From contig CP154954.1 of NCBI GenBank assembly GCA_039621445.1, forward strand, positions 44,185,847 through 44,249,846: DNA of 64,000 nt. The letters run 5' to 3'. The position numbers and the translations under genes were made by a program. Positions 13,253 through 26,431 of this stretch are shown here, in pieces (positions within the stretch are counted from its first letter, which is position 1; every line of letters begins with the position of its first letter). Source of the stretch: Euglena gracilis (taxonomy: Eukaryota). Under the pieces are notes generated by a model that worked only from the letters and a program-made list of their open reading frames with translations, made no database searches and was not told the origin of the DNA.

Positions 13253-14088
13253 TATATATATATATGGCAGCAGGATGCGTAATGGCGGGGGGGGGGGGGG
13301 GGGGACGCATTTCTGGGGGGTGGGCATGGCAGCTCCCAGGTTCGACTTTTCGGATTTTCAGTCCCGCGGTGCTGACAGGTAATCCCCGGAGATAAGGCCG
13401 AGATTTAGCCCCAAATTAAACCCCCCCAAATAAGAACCCCCCCCCAAAATGTGACCCCTCCTGGGCCGATCGAGCGAAAATCCAAAACAAGACCCCCCCA
13501 AAAAACAACACCCCCCCCCCCGACGGAGACAGTGTAAATTTTCCTTGAAGAATAATCAAAAACTCCAATGTGATACACAAAAAGATGATAAAATTTCATT
13601 TTTTTTTCAAATTTTGAAGCTCAAAAAAAAACATGCCAAATGTCAACTTACACCAATTTACACATGGCGCGAAGCGTAGAAGGAAAAAAAGTTTCAATGG
13701 TTTTGGGAACCTGTAAAATTATGGGGATTTCGGGCCCGGGTCGGCCAAGAAAAAAATCAAAGTACGACCACGCAACGGACCTGAAAATGAGACCCGGTTT
13801 TAATTTGGGGGGGGGGTTGAGACCTAAATTCAGGCTTTCATTTGACCTAAATCACACCTAACTGCCAAAAAAAGAACCGCAACCCTGACCCTAGCCAGAA
13901 TCTTGTCCCATCTCAGAAAAAAAAATACAAGGCTTCACAATAGCCGAAGGGAAAAGCATGGGGGTCCTAGAAAACCACCTCCCAAATTATTTACCCCCCT
14001 CCAAAATATCCTGGTATTTTGGATGCCGTTATAAATTTATGCACACACATAAAACACACACACACACATACATACATACATACATACA

Positions 14089-14163
<75 letters not shown>

Positions 14164-17100
14164 GCTGTATATATATGGCCCCCCGGGGGCATTGGCGGCC
14201 CGCGGGTCCGACTTCGGGGGCAGTCGGGGTTATTGGTTGGGATAGGGTCAGGGTTCCGACCGCGCTCCTGGCTGATCCCATTTTACGGACTTAGAAATAG
14301 TTAGGTCCCGATTCGGACCGAGTTGGGCAGAATTTCGGTTGGATTTTGGTAAAATTCTGAAGAACTACGACCCCAAAATCTTTCAAATGGGGACTAACGT
14401 CCTACCTAACTTGGTTCCTAAATTTGGCCAATTTCTGTTTCACCAATCCTGACATTATTCCGAAAAGTAAACGAAGTCCTCCCCAAATGCAACGAAATTC
14501 GCCCAGATTCGCCTTGGTTCCCCCCCCCCGATTCTCATTTTTTCGTGATTTTCGGTGCACGGAAAAACAATTTGGTTTGGCCTCCTTGCATATTTTTGCA
14601 ACATTTTTACTGCATCATCATCTGGCATCTGAGTTTTGGCACAACGGATCGTCGGACCAAAAAAACAACACTGGGGGAGCCCAGGTGCGGGCGCGATGGG
14701 TCCAGTTGGGGTGGGTCTGGAGGTACTCCGCCCAGCGCGAAGCAGTCGCCTCCCCGTCCACCTCTGCTCGTCGCTCGCACAGTGCCAGCATGGCCTCAGG
14801 GTCGTACCCAAAGGCAGGACCAACAGCTTCAGCTTGTGGGGGGGGGTCCAGACAAGAGCGTCGTGGGATGGGGTCCAGCAAAGGCTGGAAAAAGCCAGGG
14901 AAGAGTCGGCTGACTCCCCGCCACACTTAATGCCCCCCCAATCAAATCGGACGCGGAAAAATCGAAACTGCAAAATCCTGAAAACCCAGCAAGCCCATGC
15001 AAAAACCTTATTCTGAGCCCCCCCCCCCCCAAAACCTGGGTAGCCCAAATTCCAACCCAACTTTGGCCAACTTTGGAGCCTAAGGTTAAAAAAAAAGATG
15101 AAAACTGATGTTTGGGCGGAAACTGTTGGCTGATCCTCATCCGCATCCATCCTCATTGGGGGTGAGGTGAAAAATGTTCAGCTCAACTGACTTGCAGTTC
15201 AGCCTGGGGGGGGGGGGGCAATTAACCTTACTGTTCGGTCATGGTCAGCCCGTGCAGCAAACAATGCCCCGATGTAATCTGCCTCATACTCCCTCGCAGC
15301 TCCCGTGCATGAAGGAGGGGGGTCTCTGACGGGAGTGCAGAGGATGCAAACAACCATTGCATTCCCACCACCAACACAAGCACAAAACGCAAAGAAGCAG
15401 CCTAAACGCACACACGCACAGACACACAAAACACAAACAGAAATTCGACTTCATGCATTTTGGGGAGCCTGGGAGTAACAAAAAAAAATAATAAAAATAA
15501 AAACATGATTCTCATGATTTTTTTGAAGGGAACTCAAAAATGACGAAAAACTGATGTAAAATATGGTCTCTGGAAATCGGGTCGAAAATGCAGATCGAAA
15601 TATTCTTTGTATCAAAATATTCTCCAGGAAAACCCCAGGAAAGAATCACAACACGGGAAAAAACATGGTTTGTTGCGATGGGGCGGCCAGGGCCTGGTAG
15701 TGGTGCCGCTCGAATGGCAATTCTGTCATGAAGTTCCGCAGCAGCCGAGGCATCGCCACCTCCGTGAAGAACAACATCTGGGGGGGGGGCAATGGAGGGG
15801 CTCACGATGCGAATGATTTTTGCTGGAAGGAATTTGAAAAGCATCATCACAGATTTGCCACATCTTGATGATGGGTTCGACGCATTTTGTACAACATTTT
15901 GGTCTGCCTTGAAATTTTCAAACCAGCGAGTGAGTCCATCCATCAGGAATTTCTTCATTTCGAATTTCTGCGGCAGAGTTTGGAAAAAATGGTTAGCAAA
16001 AATGGAAGGCTGTTTAACGTTCTTGCAACAATTCAAAACATGTTGCGATTTGGCTTCATTTATTTCTCTGGAGCATATCTCCACACTCACTCCCAGTGCT
16101 TTTCATAACATGCATTAACACATTTCAAATTTAATGTGAGTTTCAACAATTTTTGTTCAATCCAATGAATTTTTTGTTTCACGGCTGCCCCCCTATCGGC
16201 AGGACGGATTTAGCAAAAAAAAACCATGCAAATGTGGTGAGATTCCCATTGAACGACTTGAACCACTTGACGTTTAGAAGGAGACTAGGTGCAGCTGTCC
16301 ACCACCACTGCTCTGAACCTGCACCCCTGCTCCAACTCTAGATACCCCTTACCTTTTGAAACAACACAGGTTAAATAAGGTTTGGTTTGGTTGGTCAGCC
16401 CAAAGGGGGACTATATCTCAAGGAGTTGCTACAAAACTCGACCTCCAACATGACCCAAAATACCACCCCAAGGTGTTATTTGGAAGCGAAATCGCACTTC
16501 TTGAGTACGCTTGGGGCACATTCAATATGCAAAAAAATGCGAAAATCAGGATTACTTTTCTTCTATTCTTCGCCGGGGGGGGGGGGACAGTTATCCTTTG
16601 GTTTGGTTGGCACTCAGGGGGGTCGGGAGGTTCAGGGGGAACCTTTGTGGTCATGAACACCTGTTTTCTCCCGATCGGTTCAGACCTGATAGCTCGATGT
16701 GATGTCGGGGACGACGAGGGCCATCGTCCAGAAGAAGAGGTTGACGGCGGCCTGCGTCACGTTGGCGAGCGTCCACCGCTCGTACGTGTGCCGCGCCACG
16801 ACGTGCGCCATCTCGTGGCCCACCACGCACGCCAGCTCGGACTGGCTCTCCACGGCGTGGCACAGGCCCGTCGTGACGAACAGCGCCCCGTTCTGCAACG
16901 CCAGGGAAGAGGAGGAGTGGGAGGACGAGGAAGAGCGGGAAGAGGACCAGTGTGCGGTTGGGGACGGAGGCAGGGAAATCCACCGCTGCTTGGGACGGAG
17001 GGAATGTGCATAACCGCTCCCCTTCTTCCCACAGAATACCCTGTCCCCAGGGTTGTATGGGAAGCTCTGCAGACATGAGGTAGGTGGTAGGGGACGCTGA

Positions 17101-20100
17101 GCTCTTATCTCTTTAGAGTAAGAGCGAAGCTTACCCCTGGGGAAAGGGGGGGTTGGACCCCCCTTGCCTCCCTCCCCCCCCCCCCGGGTCAGGGCCACCT
17201 TGAGAACCGGCGGATTATCACCATGATCCTGGCTCCGTTCCCGATTTTTTTTTTCAGTCGCGAGCGACTGCATTTCTAGTTTCCAAATCACCTCCGTTTG
17301 AGCCCCAACTCCCCGCCAGGCCCGAGTTATTCAACCGCGAAGCGGTCCAAACTGGGTAGGATTGGCCCCACCTCTTCCGACTCTGCCATTTCGCTGGTGT
17401 CCAAAAATCGGTCAAAAAATCGATTTTTCGAAAATATCTCGAGAAAACGTACATTATTTCCGGAAATGTCGGTCTGACGAAATGTACCCATGGAGGCCCT
17501 CTATCGCCCCCCGTTCGCCGTTTTGCCGTTTCGCCGACACGCCTGGCCCGTGTTCCAGCGCGCTTTTGGGGCCCAAACCGGCCATTTTGCGGCGTTTTTT
17601 TTGGACCTTTTTTGGTCTAAAAATCGATTTTTCCAAAATCTCAAAATCAAAGGAAAAGTCCGGATGAACCCCTTGGAATGCCCTATCCAACCATGGTTAA
17701 CTTCCCCCCCAAACTCTTCGTGTAGCCCGAGGCAACCCCCCCCCCCCTTAATAAGTGCGCAGTGCCCCAATTGTGCGCAGTGCCCTAATAAGTGCGCACC
17801 TCCCAAGGGTCCGAAACTACCTCCCTAAAAAAGTGCGCATCCCCCCCAATGGAGAAATCACTGTCACATCTCAGGTCGGAAAGCGCATACAATTGTCAGA
17901 ACCGTCCTCCTCAGACCAAATATTTCTATCATCCAAGCCCAAATTTGACACATAATCACTTGACTCAGAGCTTGAAATCACAAAATAGGGGGAAATTGAA
18001 AAAGAGTGGGGGAAATGTAAGTATTTTCGGCTTTATCCTAAAAAGTGCGCACTGCCCTAATAAGTGCGCACCCCTTGGGGTGCGAAACTACGTCCTCAAA
18101 ATGCGCGCCCCCGTGCACTTATTAGGGGGGGGGGTTACGACCATTTTCCGGCCAATTTTGGCCCATTTCAGGGGCCATTTTGGGCCGTTTTTGGGGTCAA
18201 ACAATCGATGATTCCAAAATAGCTCGAAAATGACGCAAAATCAAAGGAAATGTCCGGAGACCTAATTTGAAGCCCTTAAAAGCCCTATCTAACGGAACTT
18301 TGATTTCCCCGCAACTCCCCGCCTCGCCCGAAATATGGCCGATTTACGGCCCAAAACAGCCGGCAGGCTTGCGACTTTGTCGTTTTCGGCCTCTTTTCGG
18401 GGGTCAAAAAATCAATTTTCTAAAATTGCTCAAAAATGGTGGGGAATCAAAGGAAATGTCTGGAGACCTATTTTGAAGCCCTTAAAATCCTCTATCTAAC
18501 AGTGCTTTGATTTCCCCGCAACCATCTGCCCAGCCCGAGTTACGGCCATTCTTTGGCCAATTTTGGTTATTTTGTACAGTTTTGGCCTGTTTTGACTTAG
18601 CCATTTTCGGCCATTTTTGGGTGAAAAGTAGAAAAAATCCAATTTTTTTTTGCCCGAAACGATGTTTTTTGGCCTCCCGGACCCGAAAAACCTATTTCTC
18701 GATTTTTTTCGACTTTTTTGACCCGGTTTTGACCAAAATCAATGGATTGGTGGCCCAAAACGGGGCGCTGGCGGGTCGAAAAACGTCCATTTTCGGCTCA
18801 AAAACAGTTTTTCCGGGTCCGGGAGGCCAAAAGACATCGTTTCGGGCAAAATTTTTTTTCGATTTTTTTTCGACCTTTTTGGCCAAAAACGGCTAAGTCG
18901 AACAGTGGAAAAAGTGTACAAAATGGCCTAAATTGGCTGAAAAACGGCCGTATCTCGGGCTGGGCGGTGAGCTGCGGGGAAACCAAAATCCCAGTACATA
19001 GAGCGTTCCAAGAGCTTCAATTTAGGTCTCCGGACATTTCCTTTGATTTTGCATCATTTTCGAGAAATTTTGAAAACATCGATTTTTTGACCCCCCCCCC
19101 CCGAAAACGGCCAAGTCAGACAGTGGGAAAAATGTACAAAACGGCCATCTGGGCCGAAAACGGCCGTATCTCGGGCTAGGCGGGGAGTTGCGGGGAAATC
19201 AAAATACCGGTAGATGGGGCGTTCCAAGGGCTTGAAATTAGGTCTCCGGACATTTCCTTTGATTTGGCTTCGTTTTGGAGATATTTTGCAAAAACTGGTT
19301 TTTTTGGCCAGGGGTCGCCAGGGGTCAGCTTCGCTCTTACCCAAAAAGGGATAAGAGGTCAGCGACCCCCCCCCCAATACACCCCATACTCATTTTGTTG
19401 GATTTTTTCAACATTTTGACCCAGTGTTGACCCAAATTCCATGGGTTTCGAGCCAAAACCGAGGCGCTGGTGGGTCGAAAAATGCTCATTATCGGGTCAA
19501 AATCAGGTTTTCCGGGTCCGGTGTGTAATTAGTAGTAAATTAAAAATTACGCGAAATTTGCAATGCTAGTCTTTCGGCCTTCCATTACATGCAAGTCCCA
19601 TTGTGAGCTCAGCACTGTTCAAAACCTGGTCACCCCCTCCAGGGGGGTAAGGTGGGGGGGGTCACCCCCCCCCCTAGTTTCGGAAAAGGGGTCCCCCCAC
19701 TCCCTCCCCCTCCTCTGCAGGGGCAAAAAAAAATTTTCCGGCACTTCACGCCAGGTGTGTATTTTAGGACCCCCTTGAGGCTCAGCATGAAATTTTGGCA
19801 AAATGGCCAAAAATGGCCATAACTCGGGACAGGCGGGGAGTTGTGTGGAAATCAAAATACTGTTGGATAGGGCATTTTAAGGGCTTCAATTTGGTTCTCC
19901 TGAAATTTCCTTTGATTCCTGACCAATTTTGACCCAAAAAACGGCCGAAATTTTCGGCGACCGAAAACTGGAGGTAGGAGGGGGGGTCCCCCCACACCCC
20001 CCTGGTTTTGGAGGGGGGTCCTCCCCCAGAGATTCCCATACAACCCTGCCCGTCCCCACAAAACAATGCCATAATCCAAACGGTGCAGACACAAGAACAA

Positions 20101-23100
20101 TATACAAACAAATTAAATACAAAATACCACAAAAATACAAAAGAATGCCCAGACAGAAGAACTGCCCAGAAGCAGTCTTCACCATGGGATCACAGGCCTT
20201 GACCAGAGGGGGGCACCTGAAACGAGCATGCGTTGAACGCCTCGTCACGGATGAAATGGCACGACCAGCTCCGGGACCGCAGTTCGGGGGACCCGGCCAC
20301 CAGCCCATCCAGGATGGTCCGCAGCGCCGCGGAGGAGGCCTGCGGAGGGTCCACCACCTCCTGCAGCGACGTCTCGTACGCCTCCTGGACGATCTCGTCC
20401 ACTGCCCCGAAGGGGGCACTTTGATGCAAAAACAGATCTTAAAGGAGAAAACAAAAGGCATTGTTGTGGATATACGTCGTAGTGTTTGTGTGTGTGTGTG
20501 TGTATGTTTTGTGGTGCGTGAGTGTGTGTGTGTGCGCGCGCGTGTGTGCATGCGAGTGAGCACATATACAAATATCTACAAATGCACATTTCTGTACCTG
20601 CATGTTTCGGAATATCCACCGATGTGTTCTCAAAGAGGTGGGCAGGCACTGGGAGGCTTCGGCTGCAAAGGGGTCCCCCGGCGCAATCTCCCAGCTGGCC
20701 AGCCACGTCATCTGCCAGCGGCCGGTGACCGGGACCAGGCATTATTATTTTTTAAGGCGCCTTAAAAAACCTTAAAAAACCTTAAAAAACCTTAAAATTT
20801 TTTTTGCCAAAATGCCTTAAAAAACCTTAAAAAACCTTAAAAAACCTTAAAAAAATCACCCCGGGGAAGTTTTTCTTCCCCGTGATGACCTTAAAAAACC
20901 TTAAAAATTTTCCCTGGGAAATTTCTTCTTGCAACAAACAAATAATGGCATATCTGAAACCCCGCATAAAGCCAGTCAATGCAGAAGCGGTTGCGAACAA
21001 AATTACATTGAAAAATGAACCCAAAATGTATGGTGGTTGGTTTTTTGATGGAAAATCACATTTTCCCAAAAAAAATCACCAAAATTTTAGGGATGAAAAT
21101 TGTTAGTTTTTAGGAGGGGGGCCAAAAAATGCAGGTCAAAAAAATGGGACCAAATTTTGGAACAGTCAAATTTTACTGACATTTTTTCCCTTGTAAATTT
21201 TTTGGTTTTTAGTGGCATTTTTTTGCTTCCAAAATCTCTCAAAATTAAAAGTTTGAGAAATGTTGATTTTGAGAAAAAATCAAAGATTTCAGGGTTAAAT
21301 TTGGTAGTTTTAGGGGGGGGGTGGAAAATAACGAAGGTCAAAAAAGGTGGACCAAATTTTGGCACAGTCAAATTTTACTGACACTTTTCCTCTGTCAAAT
21401 TTGTTGGATTTTCAATGGCATTTTTCTTGCTTCAAAACCCTCTCAAATTCAAAATTTTGAGAAAATGTTGATTTTTTGGAAGATGTGAAAAATGGGGGTT
21501 TGAGGGAGTTTAATGGCCATTTTTGAGGAAAAAGTTCTAAAGTAATTTTTTGTCATCAAAAAGTGACGTTTTTAAGTTTTTCCAGGCTTTTTTTGTTGCG
21601 TTTTTTTAAAAAAAAACATATTTTTAAAAAAATTGTTTTCTTTCTAAAAAATTTATTTGTAAAAAACTTGTTTCTTTAAAAAAACGTTTTTTTTTAAAAA
21701 AAAACACATGCTTTTTTAAAAAAAATTGTTTCAAAAAAAACAAGCAGTCAACCTTGGCAAGAACCTATGGTCAAGCCCCAACCACCCCGCACTTACCTTC
21801 CTTCCCTTGTGTCCTTCCCGTCGGCTCAGTCACACCACACCCATACCCCCCGGACCTTCCTCCCTACACATCAACAAACAGCCCCAAAACACCACATCAA
21901 GGCGCCGCAAGCAACGCAATCCGGCAAACACCCAGGACGCACACCGCCGGCAGCTCGGACACATCCGGGGACACAGCCGAAAGGAGCAACAGGGGCAGTA
22001 AAGGTCCCGTTCCTATGGTGCTTTTTTGTGTTTTTTTCAGGGTGGGCCGGCAGGGTCCCGTAGGTTTGGGCCCACAAAGTCCTTCCCGACACACCCCAAA
22101 ATCACTGTTTTCCGCCAAAGTCCCGGGGGTCTCCCAGCCAAAATCAGAATTTTGCTCATTTTTTGCACTCTCTTGTTCACGTGTTTTCAAACCCCCCGGA
22201 CCTTCACAGCCGAAACAGAGCACAATCAAAAAAAATCGTAAATTTGCGCAAATGCGCGCATCAAACGAAAAAAGCTTAAGTGCGAATTCGGCCGCCTAAG
22301 TTCGGGTTTTGGACCCGAAATAATGTTTCTGGCGTCTTCGGCGCCGGGTGTTTTTTTTTTGACCCATTTTGGGACCCATATGCAGGAACCCATAGCCAAA
22401 ATGGCCTAAAATTCCTAAAATGCCTTGAATGGACTAAAATTCCTAAAATGTCTAAAATGGCAATAACTGTCCCTCATGGACCGCCCTGATCCCATGCTTC
22501 GCCCGAGGCTTCTTCCTTGGGCGTTCCGAAGCCACAGAAGTCTGAAGCCATCGGGCCATCTTCGGGGTCTGAGATTTTACCTGAGGAAAAAAATGCCTTA
22601 AAAAAACCTTAAAATTTTTTAAAATTCCTCAAAAAACCTTAAAAAACCTTAAAAAACCTTAAAAACCGCCTTAAAATTTTTTGAGAAATCTCGCCTTAAA
22701 AAAAATAATGCCTGACCGGGACCTGGTCCACGTGGGTGTACGCGAAGGCGCCGCCCCCCCCGACGAGCAACGCCCCCCGGAGCCGCTGCGGCCAGCCTTG
22801 CCCCCGGTCGTATCTCTGCCCCGTATGGGCCGACGTGGATCGAGAGAGTCTGGCTGAACGGCAGCAGTCAGCCAACCGAACAACGACTGCTGTGAACCGG
22901 GGCCAAATGGTCGTTGACACGCGCACCAATCTATTCGTATGCAGTGTGTGACTATGCCTGCAAATGTGTGTGCTGCTGTGCGGGATGTGTTTGTGCGGGA
23001 CATGAATTGGAGCAACCTGGGTAAGAGAAACGCTCATGCCCGAAACGAGAAATGTGTGCCTCGGAAAGGAAAGCAAGAGGAGGAGAAATGGAAGGGAAAA

Positions 23101-23821
23101 GCTGGTTGCTTCCCCAGCCGACTGTGGATGAGTTCGGACAGTTGCCGCTGTCTTTCTCTGCAGGCACCATCCTGTCTGGCTCGAGGCCCCAGAAGACAAA
23201 AAAAAATGGAGGGCTGCCGGGACCATTCCCCCCTCCAGCACCGCACTCCACCTTCTAGGAAACAATACATATGAAACAAATGCCAAGAACTGAGGGAGAA
23301 GATAATAAACTACTCTAAAGACCAGCCAAAAAAAAACAACCAGCTGTCAAAGCGACTGCGAACATTTCCTGGTGGTCAACCCTCCCCAACTCTGGACTCC
23401 AATTTCTTTGGTGAATTTGGGCTTGGCAGCAGCTGTGAATCACAAACTGGTGTTGGCCGACGGCCAACCTGTTGGAAAATGTTTGGTTTGTAGAGCACAG
23501 CAGACCACACCCACCTACCCCACCCACCCACCAGCCGCCCACACATGCACACGCACACACAACACACACATGCACACACATGCACACACCAGGGCTGCAA
23601 GCGGGAGGGCGACCCCCCCAAAAACCACGGCAGGGGGTGGTAATCGCCTGCCTGGGGGGAGGAAAAAAGAAAATCGACGAGGGAAACCAACCACCGGGGG
23701 TTGACAAAGGAGGGGGTGTATCCGCAGGAGGGGGGGATGGGGTAACAGGATGTTGGGCCCCCGCCACAAACCACGCCCAGCGGCTCACCTTGAGCAGGCC
23801 GAAGAAAATGGGCGGCGGCAT
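11575..23821 (-). CDS. OMA1: Peptidase M48 family zinc metalloprotease, OMA1-like (about 10 exons, 3' end not fixed)
   Basis: Exons: 23821-23789 (MPPPIFFGLLK), 22815-22718, 20730-about 20688, about 20402-20217, 16892-16686, 15777-15700, 15291-15247, 14809-about 14690, about 12232-12186, 11767-about 11575. Motifs in M48 order: YTHVDQVPVTGR, FNACSFQNGALFVTTGL, ELACVVGHEMAHVVARH (HEXXH), LPFERHHEYEADYIGALFAARAGYDP, YLQTHP, RIEQYLP. Confidence 0.88.
11768..12185 (-). other. Non-conventional intron in the M48 gene
   Basis: CAC|ACC-CAGAGCCTG ... CAGCCCTG-GCGTC|GCC; joins VQEH to AVARQALL in frame. Confidence 0.65.
13045..14170. repeat. Two compound (TACA)n/(TA)n microsatellites, both followed by ATATGGCAGC
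   Basis: Tracts at 13045-13265 (also containing (TGCA)n) and 14042-14159. Confidence 0.9.
14810..15246 (-). other. Non-conventional intron, CAT variant of the 5' triplet
   Basis: GCT|GAC-CATGACCGAACAG ... CTGTTGGTCCTG-CCTTT|GGG; restores the M48 motif ARA/GYDP. Confidence 0.75.
15292..15699 (-). other. Non-conventional intron
   Basis: CAC|TAC-CAG ... CTG-CGAGG|GAG; restores LPFERHH/EYEADYIG. Confidence 0.8.
17048..20048. mobile_element. 3.0-kb composite non-autonomous hAT-like element inside a GT-AG intron
   Basis: TIR CAGGGTTGTATGGGAA(G/T)CTCTG (21/22 match); flanks CCTGTCCC 17040-17047 and CCCGTCCC 20049-20056 (7/8 match). The interior consists of copies of an approximately 280-bp repeat in both orientations. 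Confidence 0.85.
17731..18139. mobile_element. Nested inverted-repeat element with AAGTGCGCA motifs
   Basis: Ends AAC(C)nTAATAAGTGC / GCACTTATTA(G)nTT. It interrupts the host motif GCCCGAG-TTACG, which is intact at about 18533-18544. Confidence 0.6.
20736..22714. mobile_element. hAT-like non-autonomous element inserted in coding sequence; forms intron 2 of the M48 gene
   Basis: TIR CAGGCATTATT..TTTTTAAGGCG / CGCCTTAAAA..AATAATGCCTG; perfect TSD ACCGGGAC at 20728-20735 and 22715-22722; (CCTTAAAAAA)n arrays near both ends. Confidence 0.93.
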
Positions 23822-23897
23822 GGCTCAGGGGTCGGCCGCGGGCCCCCCGCCAACCGGGGTCTGCCGCACCGCCGATGCCTGCCGCGGGCGGGGAAGC

Positions 23898-23925
23898 CTG
23901 GGGAGGAGTGGCAGGAGAAAAAACG
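23898..23925 (-). promoter_or_regulatory. Candidate spliced-leader trans-splice (or 5'UTR intron) acceptor
   Basis: Pyrimidine tract TTTTTTCTCCTGCCACTCCTCCCCAG about 77 nt upstream of the M48 ATG. Confidence 0.4.
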
Positions 23926-24706
23926 CAGACCGCGCACCAGGTCCCCGTCTACCGCAGCCCTTTTGGGTTTTGTTGGACCAACGCCGGATCTGTTTCTGAA
24001 ACCCATTGTTGTGTTCCACTTTTGCTGTGCCAAGCTATTCTAATTTTGTATTGTTTTGCGGTGTGGCGTATTGCGATGCCAACCTTCGAAACCTGTAACC
24101 CCCCCCCCCCTGCGGTCGGCCGAAAGGGGGGGGGGGTAATAAATCAAGGAATTGTTGGTGAAAATCTGACCCTCGCAATGACCACAAACACCCCAAAATT
24201 CTTGTCAAAGTTGGTCAAAGATAGCATTTTTGGTGATGGACGACGATTTGGGTGGCTTTGGAGGCGAGAAAAGCCTTGCATTTCCGGTTTCTGATTTTGG
24301 TCTTTTGGGGGGAATTGGGTGACACACCAACAGTGGGCAGCAGAGGTGCTCCTTCACAGACTCACAGGGAACCCTATGAAGGGGATGCCTGGACCATTAA
24401 TGCAAGACAATGCGACGCAGTCCCTGGACACCAACAGAGTGATGGATATGGGACACAGCGCAGCCAGACCGCAAAGCAAATGAAGCCCCCGCAGCGCCCC
24501 CTCAACGAAGGGAATGAATGACGTGTCGCCACGGCGGGCCGGTGCTGTGCAACAAGCCCCACCGATCACGGCGCTTGCGTCCGGTTGGGGAGTCCCGGCG
24601 GGCCGCAGGGCTGCACAGGCGCGCGATGCGTGCCCCCTGCCCAGCCCCGCCCTGCCTCCCCCTCTCTCTCCGGGCTGTCTCGCGGGCCACGCGACCCGCC
24701 CCGGGG

Positions 24707-26333
24707 TCAGGCGCTGCCGCCCCCCGCGGCGGGGCCCGGCGGGGGCGGCGGCGCGCGGCGCTGGATGCTGAGGAGGACGTTGGCGATGACGGCGTGCAGC
24801 GCCGACGCGGAGGGGCTGCCGCCGAACGCCTGGATGAAGCCGCCCCCAGGAGAGGGGGGGAGGGGGGTCGACCCCCCCTGCCTGCTGGGGTGCCAGGGGA
24901 ACGCGAAGCGCCGAAAAAAAATGACGGGGTTTCAAAACCTGCCCCAAACCCACATTGTTGGTCATTGTTTTCAACACGTTGGCAAAAACATATGAGAAAT
25001 GCACTCCGGTTTTTGGCGCGAAGCCCGGACCGCCCCGCGGGGAGGGGGAGGTGATCCGAACCTCTGACGTGGGAGGGGGAAGGGAGGAGGGGGGCAATGC
25101 GATGAGGGAAAGGCACAGAGAGGGGTGCGTGGGTTGGGGCCCGCCCTCCGCTGGCCGCGGCCGTCGTCCTCGCACTCTGCCAGGTTGGGGTCGATGGGCA
25201 CCTGTGGGGGGGGGGGACGATGGAGACCGCACGGCGTGTGGGCCCGACCCGAGGAGGGTGGGGCGGGGTGGGGGGGGGAAGGGGGGGCCGACCCGGCCGA
25301 GGAAGGGCACGCCCTCCGCCGCCGCGAGGCGCTCCCCGCCGCCATGGGAGAAGATGGCGGTGCACTCCGCGCAGTGCGGGCGGGGCCAGCGGGGCCACTG
25401 TCCCACCCGTGGGGGACGTTGGCCCGGGGGGGGGGAGGGGGGTCCGAAAAGAGGCCGTTTTGGAACGTAAATCGGCGATATCTCGGCCTTGGCGGGGAGT
25501 TGCGGGGAAATCAAAATACCGTTGGATAAAGCATTGTTCGGGCTTCAATTTAGGTCTCCGGACATTTCCTTTGATTTTGCTTCATTTCCGAGATATTTTG
25601 GAAACATCGATTTTTTGACCCCCCAAAAAACAGCCCAAAATGTCCCCAGAAATGAGCGGCACCCGGTGACGGGGGGACCGGTGGCGACCAACCGACGCGA
25701 CAAAGCCGGATGGGCGGAGCCCGGGGCCCGCTGCGCAGACGAAGCCGGACATGTTCTCCACGATGCCGAGGACGGGGAGCGACGCGACGCGGCAGAAGTC
25801 CAGCTCCTTGCGCACGTCGTCCACGGAGACCTGCAGCCACACGCGCATCGCTTCTGAGCCGTCGGTATATTTAACAACACATCCAATGCTGCAGCCAACG
25901 TTGCGTGGAAACGCTGAACTACACGTACAATATTTGCCAGCTCCACTTCCCTCGCTGGCCCGCGTGGAAACCGATAACCACAATCACCATTTGTCCAGGC
26001 TGCAGTCGTCACAGAGTCGGTCACATACATTTTTTTTTACCGACCCCGGGGGGGGGGTCACTTCCATTTTCCAAAAACCAGTCACTCACCTTTTTCTGGA
26101 AGACCAATCAATCACTACCCATCAGGGGGAGGGTTGCTACTCTGAAATCCAAAGAAAATTTGACCACAACCGTGAAAAAAACGGAAATTTTTTTTGGGGA
26201 TGACTGGTTTTTCACTCTGAAAAACCAGTCATACCCCCCGGGGGGGGGCAGCCAGCGATTGAGTGATTGTATGGTCGTTCATCAGTCCAGCAACCACAGC
26301 TGCGTGGCCCAACCCCATGAGATGCGTGTGCGG

Positions 26334-26431
<98 letters not shown>

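Noticed and set aside
24354-25618. Long overlapping GC-rich ORFs on both strands
   Set aside because: Explained by Cfd1 exons and stop-poor GC-rich introns; the plus-strand ORFs show no recognisable motifs.
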